64,000 bases of DNA from Eledone cirrhosa (taxonomy: Eukaryota): contig OZ024752.1 of the NCBI GenBank assembly GCA_964016885.1, positions 49,600,001 through 49,664,000 of the forward strand, written 5' to 3'. Each line of letters starts with the position of its first letter. Positions within the stretch are counted from its first letter, which is position 1. The notes under the pieces are model-generated. The model had not been told where the DNA came from, ran no database searches, and worked only from the letters and a program-made list of their open reading frames with translations. The translations under genes were made by a program, and so were the position numbers. Positions 53,643 to 64,000 of this stretch are shown here, one piece after another.

Positions 53643-53874
53643 ATATATATATATAATATATATATTATATATATATATATATATATAGTAATAATAATAA
53701 TAATATGCATATATATATCATCATCATCATCATCATTATTTTACGTCCTGATTTCTTACGGGGTCGATAAAATAAAGCACCAGTAACAAACTTTAATCGA
53801 CTATATATCATATATATATATAAATAATAAGTGTAAGTCAACAGGGTAAAATCGGCTTCGTTTATTCATATTAG

Positions 53875-53936
53875 CTGCTATATATAATATATTTCAGTGA
53901 TAGCCATTATTCAACAGCTATGACCTCATCAGGCAG
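53875..53936 (-). ncRNA. Type I hammerhead motif (HH-F)
   Basis: cugc-CUGAUGA-ggucauagcuguu gaa uaauggcuaucacu-GAAAuauauuauauAUA-gcag; homologue of 32962-33016. Confidence 0.7.
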
Positions 53937-54129
53937 TAAAAATTCAAACTGAAAAAACAGGAAAACATAATGTTGTAATGGATTTTACCATGTTAGTTCA
54001 TTGATATACCCAGCTCCTGGGTGTGTTGTTAGTTCTTTAAGGAAATGGAAGCATCATGCGCACTTCGTTGAGTGCTCCAACCTGCATACTGATGTATCGG
54101 TAAACAACCAACACATACTGAAAATTATA

Positions 54130-54455
54130 TATCATCATCATCATCATTATTTTACGTCCACTTTTCCCTGCTTGCAAGGGTGGGACGGGTCCTATTCAGC
54201 ACAGCATCTCTCCATTTGTCACGGTCCTTCATCATCCCCTCCGTGAGCTTCAGCAATCTGAGGTCTGCTCTCACCACCTCCGCCCATGATTTTCATGGTT
54301 TTCCTCTACTGTGTCTTCCTTCTACTGGCATATCTTGGCACTTCTTTACCCAGCAGTCATCCTCCTCCATGCACATCACATGTCCATACCATCGCAGTCT
54401 TCTCTCCCGCACACTACAACTTATTCCTCTTAAACACAGCTTCTCTCTCAACTCA
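54130..54455 (-). mobile_element. RTE-type LINE 3' fragment
   Basis: Minus strand encodes [12 protein letters not shown]...GRHSRGKP-like sequence and ends in (GAT)n. A shorter copy lies at 48648-48795. Confidence 0.75.
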
Positions 54456-55103
54456 TCTATTTATATATATAAAAAACACAACAAAAATTAAACATAGCTA
54501 GAAATAATCCATTAAAATATATCATAACTATCTTATTTACTTTCCAACAATTGCAGAGTATTTTTGAGGTGGGTATTACAATGTTAAAAATATATAAATA
54601 TACTTTATGACTAAAGTTTTATAATCACTTTTAACATAACGATAATGAGAATTCTATGGTGACCCAGTGTCATAAAGTCTTGTAATGAAAGCAAATAGGA
54701 AATGGAATGAGATGTTAGAAAATTACATATGGAATTGAAAATATACCAAAATTTATGTGAGACATTGTGAATATATGTGTACATGTATATATGTCTCTGT
54801 GTATGTATGCCTGTGTGGTTCTGTGTGTGAATGTATATATAATTGTAGGCATGTATATGTGGTTCTATGTATGTAGGTGTGTATGTACGTATGTATACAT
54901 GTATATGCAGTTCTATGTGTGAATGTATATATGCATGTAGGAATGTATGTACGTATGTATATATGTAAGTATATATGTATATATCTATATCTATATGTAC
55001 ATATATATGTATATATATCTATATATGTATATATTTATGTATGCATCTATATATGAATGTATATCTATGTATATATATGTATGTATATATGTAACTATAT
55101 ATG

Positions 55104-55141
<38 letters not shown>

Positions 55142-55192
55142 TATCTGTATGTATCATACATATCTATGTATATATCTATGTATGTATATATG

Positions 55193-55347
<155 letters not shown>

Positions 55348-55555
55348 CTGTATGTATGTATTTGTGTATTTGTGTAAATCTATCTAAAATATTTCAGAAT
55401 ATTTAGTTTTAACTTCCTGTAATTTTAAAGATATCTAATAAACTGCGCAGATTTATTGCTTAGATTTCATATCTTTCCGTAGTAATTTTTATAACAGTCA
55501 GATTAAGAATTATTGCAAAACTTAAAGTAATAAACTCCCTTTATATTTATATTAC

Positions 55556-56434
55556 GATCAGATGTTGTTTACTCGAGAGAAGGCTACGTTGGTACGGTCA
55601 CGTGATGCGCATGAAAGACGACAGCTGTATAACAAAGTGCAGGGCAATAAAGATAGATGGTAGCCACGGAGTAGGCAGACCCAGAAAAACATGGGACGAG
55701 CTGATAAATTCCGACCTCACACGCTTACACCTCTCCAAGACAATGTCACTGGACCGAGACCTTTGGCGGTACTCAGTAATAGAGAAGACCCGCCTTACCT
55801 AAATACAAAGTAAAAACCTACTATAGTCAGTAGGCATCTCTATCAAAACACCCCCCCCCCCCCCGTCCCACCACCTCCACCCCATCCACACCGCCCCTTC
55901 CAATGTAAAGTTATGTTGGTGCCGCGCCATCCAGGCCGAAACAAATGAGATCGTGTAGGTGTCACGACAAAAAAACACACAGTCCACGCTGTAAATGTGG
56001 CCGTGTAGGCAACACGGTAAAAACCTCCCAGCCCCACACTGTAAATGTGGTTGGTGTTAGGAAGGGCATCCAGCTGTAGAAAACCCGCCAGACAGTCCAC
56101 GCTGTAATGTGGCCGTGTAGGCAACATGGTAAAAACCTCCCAGCCCCACACTGTAAATGTGGTTGGTGTTAGGAAGGGCATCCAGCTGTAGAAAACCCGC
56201 CAGACAGTCCACGCTGTAAATGTGGCCGTGTAGGCAACACGGTAAAAACCTCCCAGCCCCACACTGTAAATGTGGTTGGTGTTAGGAAGGGCATCCAACT
56301 GTAGAAAACCCGCCAGACAGTCCTATGCGAGCAAGACAACCACTCTTGCCTCAAGTGGGAAAACCCCCGTCCAAACCCATGCAAGCGTGGAACACGGACG
56401 CTAAACCTGATGATGATGATGATGATGATGATGA
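55556..56434 (+). mobile_element. RTE-type LINE 3' end (same family as 11450-12491) with a UTR segment of about 113 bp triplicated
   Basis: Near identity to 11878-12490; cagtccacgctgtaa at 55980, 56093 and 56205. Confidence 0.9.
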
Positions 56435-56786
56435 TTATGAGTATATTTACAGATTTTATGGGCAAAACCAACCAGCAAGCTACCCAGAGGAATGTGGTTC
56501 GACAACGTCCATGGGCTTAGCTGATCACTCTTGGGAATCCACCCTGGGTCAGGTGGAGATAGTTGCTTCTGACAGGACTTGCTGGAAATTACTCTATTGG
56601 TTGGCCCTTGACTCTTCTGAATTCCTCCGCTCTTTGCCGGGTCTTGTATTTCATCTTGAAGGGTGTCCAAATATCACTCTCCTCGCCGAGGAAGCTTGGT
56701 GGGGGTTGCCGGTTTAGTTGCTGACGACCCGACCATGAGGCATACATACATACACACTCACTAGTTCAACTATTAGGATTATCATT

Positions 56787-56826
<40 letters not shown>

Positions 56827-56924
56827 TTGTTGTTGTTGTCATCTCATTAGGCAAGTGGTGTATGAATTTGTTCGATATGAATCCAAGCTGCATGTGGCTC
56901 TACCTCTATAATGACCCTCTTCAT

Positions 56925-56976
<52 letters not shown>

Positions 56977-57361
56977 ACCTGACGCCATTTTAATCACCTG
57001 GTTGATTAGCCATTTTGTTTTTTTATATTTTTCACTCAACCTCACATATCTTCTTTTAAAATTATGAATGGAAATTTTTTTTGTAAAATAATAACAAACA
57101 AAAACAACAAAACAATTAAGAGATGAAGACATAACAATAATAACAATAATAACAATGATAATAATAATAATAATAATAATGATTTGGGGGAATTTCTGTT
57201 GTTTGAATTTTTTAATTTGTTTTTACACATTTCTGTCTTGTTATAACCTTTTTACACGGCCAAAACCCACTTTGTACCGTTCTGTGCCATCTCTAATGTT
57301 TTTCTTCATGTTAACCCTTGTGGCAAATAAAGAAACCATTATTATTATTATTATTATTATT

Positions 57362-57397
<36 letters not shown>

Positions 57398-58143
57398 GAT
57401 AAAAATATAAATCAAAATTGAATAAGAAACAAAGAACTAAAGTGGACAGTTGCGAAGGGAAAATATTTTTTTAAAAACCCTTAAAAGCCCCCTACAAAAG
57501 CCTGATGTAAAGGGAAGTACTATAAAGATAAAGGAACTAGTTACCCCTAGAAGTGTGTTTGGTGGTTTGGAATGGTGTGGTACCGGGAGAGGGAGAGGGA
57601 GAGAGAGAAGGAAGACAGCAAGAGAAAGAGAGACAAGACAGCAAGAGAGAGAGAGAGAGAGAGTGAAGATAGCAAGAGAGGGAGGGAAGACAGCGAGAGA
57701 GAGATGATAAGTATTGAGAAATACTAATAGAATGACCAACTACTTTATCTTAAACACTTAAGACGAAGCAGTTAGGACTAAATTAGGTTCCACGCAAGAT
57801 TTTAAGGAAAAAAAAACTTTTAAGAACTTTTATTCGGTAATATTTCTTTGTTGTTTTTTTTGTATTTTTGGGGGTTAAATCTTTTTTTTTTGTATTATTA
57901 AAGGAATTGTTTTTTATATAGAAAAATTCCTTTTCCTCTCTTAACTTTATATTTGGTAACAAAAAGTTTTTTTCAAAATTTAAAAAATTTAAAATTTGAA
58001 TATGAAATTTAATATACACAAACACACATATACATACATACACACACGTATAGATATGTATATATATATATATATATATATTTATGTATATATATACAAA
58101 TACACACACACACATATATATATATACATATATATATATATGT

Positions 58144-58186
<43 letters not shown>

Positions 58187-58291
58187 TATATATATATACA
58201 CATATATATATATACACATATATATACACACATATATATATATATATACACACAAACACACACATATATATATATACACACACACACACAC

Positions 58292-58396
<105 letters not shown>

Positions 58397-59616
58397 TTCC
58401 TGAGTTGATGTATTTTCAGCAATGTTCCTTTCACTCTTCACTGGTCTAAAATAGGATTTACTTGAAAGAAGCACAAATTAAATTTCTCAAAATTTCTCCA
58501 AATTCAAAATTAAATAGAATTTTCTCATTGCTTAATTGATTTGAATAATTTATTCCAGACCACCCTTTACCAAACTTCATTTTTTTAAATTTTTTGTTGT
58601 TGTTATTAGATTTAAAATGTTGTTTTAATTTTTTTTCTTCTTTTCACCAGTTCTATCCATTTCTTTTGTTTTAAATATTAATTTTTTTTTGTTTTCGTGT
58701 TGTTTATTTTTTTTTCATTTTTTTTTTGGGGGGGGGGGTCTTCATTTCTTTGTTTTTTATTTTTTTTCATTTTTTTGTGTTTTTGTGGGTCTTTTTATTT
58801 GTTTTTGTTTTCGTGTTGCTATTTTTTTTCATTTTTTGTGTTTTTGTTATTTTTTCCTCTTTTTTGTATTTTTGTGGGGGTTTTTTTTCACTTTTTTGTG
58901 TTTTCGTGTTATTTATTTTTTGTTTTTGTTATTTTTTTCATTTTTTTTGTATTTTTGTGGGGTATTTTCATTTTTTTTATTTTCGTGTTGTAATTTTTTT
59001 TTTGTGTGGTTTTTTTCCCATTTTTTGTGTTTTTGTGTAATTGTTTTATTATTTTATTTATTTATTTATTCATCTTTTGGTATTTTTTTTCTCTGCACCT
59101 TTTATTTCACCCCTGTTTTATTATTTTCCAGTACCTGACTCTCCTTTGTATATTTTTCCTCTCATTTCTACTCTCCACCTTTCACTTCTATTTAATCCTC
59201 AAAAGCAACTGGTTTATTTCCTCCCACTCAGATACTATCCTTTATTGTTCATCAATGTCATTTATCCCCCATGCATCTAATCTTCCTCTCACTCTCATGC
59301 CTCTTTATTCCATTCCCCTCTCACTCTCACCCTCTTCTCTCTCTCTCACTCCCTTTTTTTCTTTTGGCAGATTTGAAGTCTTTCATTACGAAATAATTAT
59401 TACATAAATTATCATTTTTAATTTATAAATCCACCCACTTCTAAAATTCTTGTAAAACACACATCACAATTAAGTGAAATTATATTAAACTGTACTAATA
59501 TTTAATAAAAAAAAAAAAGATGAAAACCCTGTTAGTACTTAACTAAAATCAGGGTAAAATTGACTGAAAGTAATTAAAAAATTAATACTTAACTTATACT
59601 CAAGTTATACTAAAAT

Positions 59617-59796
59617 AATTGTTTCTACTTTTTGGCACAAGGCCAGCAATTATCCCAGTGTATTACTGGTACTTTATTTTATTGACCCCGTAAGGATGAA
59701 AGGCAAAGTTAACCTTGGCGGGATTTGAACTCAGTCCGTAAAGGGACGTAACTGTGCTGCAAAGCATGGCGTCCGACCCTCTACCGATACTGCCAA
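59617..59796 (-). mobile_element. SINE S2
   Basis: Full-length reverse complement. Confidence 0.85.
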
Positions 59797-59997
59797 TACT
59801 AAAATAATATAACAATAATAATAAAAGGGATCAACATTGACTTTTACCCTTTTGAGTGGTTTAGTAATGTTAACAGGCGAAATTCCAGAGTAACACGACT
59901 CACTATTTGGCCTTAATAAAATGAATATATATACATATATACATATATGATATATATATATATATATATATATAATGATGATGATATATGTATATAT

Positions 59998-60295
59998 ATC
60001 ATCATCATCATCATCATCATCGTTTAACGTCCATGTTCCACGCTTGCATGGGTTTGGACGGGAGTTTTCCCACTTGAGTCAAGAGTGGTTGTCATTGCTC
60101 GCATAGGACTGTTTGGTGAGTTTTCTACAGCTGGATGCCCTTCCTAACACCAACCACGTTTACAGTGTGGGGCTGGGAGGTTTTTACCGTGTTGCCTACA
60201 TGGCCACATTACAGCGTGGACTGTCTGTTTTTTTGTCGTGACACCTACACGATCTCATTTGTTTCGGCCTGGATGTTGTGGCACCAACATAACTT

Positions 60296-60300
<5 letters not shown>
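59998..60300 (-). mobile_element. RTE LINE 3' UTR fragment
   Basis: Reverse complement of 12193-12490. Confidence 0.85.
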
Positions 60301-60341
<41 letters not shown>

Positions 60342-60369
60342 TGATATATATATATATATATATATATGT

Positions 60370-60569
60370 AGGTCCCGAGTTGAGTCGGGGATAACCACAG
60401 TAAGTAAGGTACTCAATACATGGCAGAGTAAAATTTTTTTATTTTATAGAAGGAGCTTCTACAGGACTAGTACTGTTTCATTCAGATGAAATCTTCAGGA
60501 AGCCCTGAAGATTTCATCTGAATGAAACAGTACTAGTCCTGTAGAAGCTCCTTCTATAAAATAAAAAAA
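60370..60569 (-). mobile_element. HH-A element with palindrome 60434-60569; hammerhead motif 60454-60504 (-)
   Basis: ggcuuc-CUGAAGA-uuucaucugaau-GAAAcag-uacuaguc-cuGUA-gaagcu. Confidence 0.8.
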
Positions 60570-60730
60570 ATATATATATATATATATATATAGTTAGTGT
60601 TAGGAAGGGCATGCAGCCATAGGAAACCAGCCAGAAACACCCCTATATGAGTGAGACATGATCACTCACAACAACTTGCCTCAAAAAAGGACCCATTTAA
60701 CCCATGCTACCTTGGAAGATGGAAATTAAT

Positions 60731-60764
<34 letters not shown>

Positions 60765-60832
60765 ATATATATACATATATATCATCATTATATATATATA
60801 TATATATATATCATCATTATATATATATATAT

Positions 60833-61028
60833 ATAACGGAGGAAGTGTGGTAAGGAACCAGATGGACCATAACGCACCAGAGTACTCAATACTTAGAGTA
60901 GTAGAGTGGGTAATAGGAGAAAGTATATATATATATATATATATATATAGGAAAATAGTCAGGACCCCGATGGCTGAGCTCCAGTCATTTCGACAGCTAG
61001 ATCCGAACTAAATGAGTATATACATAAA

Positions 61029-61116
<88 letters not shown>

Positions 61117-61383
61117 CATTATATGTATATATAAATATATGTATATATAAATATATGTATATAAATATATGTATATATATATATATATATATAACGAAGG
61201 AAATGTGGTAAGGAACCAGGTGGACCATAACGCACCAAAGTACTCAATACTTGAGGTAGTAGAGTGGGTAATAGGAACCAGTAAGACCCCGACAGCTGAG
61301 CTCAAGCCGTTTCGACGGCTAATTCTGGACTGAATTAGTTGTCGAAACGGCTTGAGCTCAGCTGTCGGGGTCTTACTGGTTCC

Positions 61384-61445
<62 letters not shown>

Positions 61446-61635
61446 CATTATATGTATATATAAATATATGTATATATAAATATATGTATATAAATATATG
61501 TCCAGAATTAGCCGTCGAAACGGCTTGAGCTCAGCTGTCGGGGTCTTACTGGTTCCTATTACCCACTCTACTACCTCAAGTATTGAGTACTTTGGTGCGT
61601 TATGGTCCACCTGGTTCCTTACCACATTTCCTTCG

Positions 61636-61640
<5 letters not shown>
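60833..61640. mobile_element. HH-G family cluster: direct and inverted copies with nested palindrome 61271-61386
   Basis: 61192-61330 is mirrored by 61501-61639. Carries the 3' half of a hammerhead (GAAAcggc-ttgagctca-gctGTC) without CUGANGA. Confidence 0.7.
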
Positions 61641-61679
<39 letters not shown>

Positions 61680-62236
61680 TATACATTTATATAAATACAT
61701 AATATATTATATATATACATACGCTATATATATATATAAACACACACATACCCAGAAATCAATTACAAACAGATTTTATAGTTAACTGCTGCAGTCAATG
61801 ATTTTTACATAGGTTTTTCATTTTTTAAATATGTTACCATTGGGTGGGAATACAAACCATTAAATCTGAGGGTTTTTGAGAGAAATCTCTAGTTGTAATC
61901 ATCCTTGTTATTTTCATTGTTCTTATTGTTATTAATGTTGTTGTTGGCATTGTTATTGTTGTTGTTGGATTGGAAAGAATTACATTCTTCAATGAATATA
62001 GCAGAGGAGAGAGTAGAGATTACTTTGTTTAAGTTGTTGTTGAAATTAATGTAAAGTTATATAGCTGACAGATGTAAATCAGTGTTATATTGAAATGTGT
62101 TGTAATGTAAAAAGGGGAACAGAGAATGGACTGGTTGTCTTGTTCATTTTCTGATATTCTAATAATTATTTTCCTCGTTTATATTAATTTTCTTTTCGAT
62201 TTGTTTTTTTAATTTGCCAGTATTCATATTTTTAAA

Positions 62237-62357
<121 letters not shown>

Positions 62358-63009
62358 TGTGTATATATATTAAAAATACGAATATATATATATATATATA
62401 TATACACATTTATTTATTTACTGATTCCAGTATTTATTTATATCTATTTTTTATTCATTTTATATATGAATATATATATATATATGTATATATGTATATA
62501 TATGTATATATATGTATGTATATATATGTATATATATATATATGTATGTATATATATGTATATGTATGTATATATATATATATATGTATGTATATATTCA
62601 TATATATATATATATAAATATATATATATATATGTGTATCAAGTGGGAAAACTCCCGTCCAAACCCATGCAAGCGTGGAATATGGACGTTAAACGATGAT
62701 GATGATGATGATGATGATGATATATATATATGTATGTGTATATATATATATACATATATATTTTTCTAATGATTGATTGTTTCAATTGTTTTACAAGCAT
62801 ATGTATTTCAGTTTTCACGCATTCATGAATGTGCATGTGTCTGTGTGTGTGCATGTGTGAATGCATGTATGTGTAAAAGTGTGTGTGCCTGTGTGTTTCT
62901 GTGTGTGTGTGTGTGTCTGTGTGTGTGTTTCTGTGTGTGTGCCTGTGTGTTAATTAATTACATTAATTTATTCAACTGTATAAACGATGACAACATTTTT
63001 TGATTATTG

Positions 63010-63258
63010 CAGCAAATGCCCAACTGGGAGAGGGCACAAGCCCTGGTGGTCAGGGTCACTGTGGTCTTTTAATGGGCTTTCTCCACAAATGTCCCTCGGA
63101 AGTCTCCCCCCCTATTGGGGAATTTTTCTTTGTTATTTTATTACATCCTCTGTTTTTGTTTTTTACACGCAGAAATGCCCATTTGTACCATCCTGTATTG
63201 TCCTGTACTGTCCTTAATGTCTACTTTATGTAAACCCTTGTGGTTAATAAAGAAAACA
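63010..63258 (+). mobile_element. Non-LTR retroposon-like 3' end
   Basis: Homologous to 14022-14230; ends aataaagaaa and is flanked by a direct repeat attattgcagcaaatg (possible TSD). Confidence 0.65.
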
Positions 63259-63416
63259 TTATTGCAGCAAATGTTGAGCAAAAAGTAGGATTTAGTAGGA
63301 AACTTCGAGTGTGACTCAAACTCAAAGAATCTGGTTTCTATTCCCAGTTACACATATACCAATTCACTTAGGACACTAACACCATTAAGAAAAGTATGAA
63401 GGCAACAAACACACAT

Positions 63417-63453
<37 letters not shown>

Positions 63454-63710
63454 CCGTTTAGTGTCCATTTTTCCATGCTTGCATGGGACAGATGGGTTGT
63501 CCATGCTAAGAGGCAAGTCTGGCCAGAGTTGTCCATGCCATATATATATCATCATCATCATTTCATTTTACGTCCGCTTTTTCCCTGCTTGCAAGGGTGG
63601 GACGGGAACTGATTCTGGCTGTGTTTGTGTGTTTGTTGCCTTCATACTTTTCTTAATGGTGTTAGTGTCCTAAGTGAATTGATATATGTGTAACTGAGAA
63701 TTGAAACCAG

Positions 63711-63746
<36 letters not shown>

Positions 63747-64000
63747 CTTGGTGTAAAGGGGTTACCATTAGGAAGAGTGTCAATCCATAGAAAACTTGCT
63801 AAAAATTAGGATCCTTCAGTTTGTGTCAAAAGACACTTGATAGAAAGTATGACCATATGTAAGCAAGATGCAGAACCCATCAGCCACCAGTGTTCTACTA
63901 TTATATATATATATATATATATATATAACATTGTACAAAAACAACCTGATCTATATATATATATATATGTATATTTAATATAGAAAAGTCTTCTACAGGA

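Overview
AT-rich, microsatellite-saturated animal genomic DNA, with a 200-N gap at 27180-27379. The SINE/LINE families and simple-repeat load suggest an octopod cephalopod (inference). Most ORFs in the track are translations of simple repeats. One credible host gene is present: an intronless 242-aa His/Cys-rich plus Cys-X-Pro repeat protein (22854-23582, +). The rest is mobile DNA: two 5'-truncated Penelope-like elements (RT plus GIY-YIG), RTE-type LINE fragments, tRNA-derived SINEs, piggyBac-type MITEs, a Helitron-like tandem element carrying a 3.2-kb minisatellite, and several TE-derived tandem arrays. The strongest hidden signal is about 18-20 type-I hammerhead ribozyme motifs from at least 7 sequence families, found by eye. 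They sit in short non-coding elements between (TA)n tracts, many as fold-back palindromes. One family shows a compensatory stem I change and another has a fixed variant core (CAGAAGA). All structures were paired by hand, with no folding or database searches.
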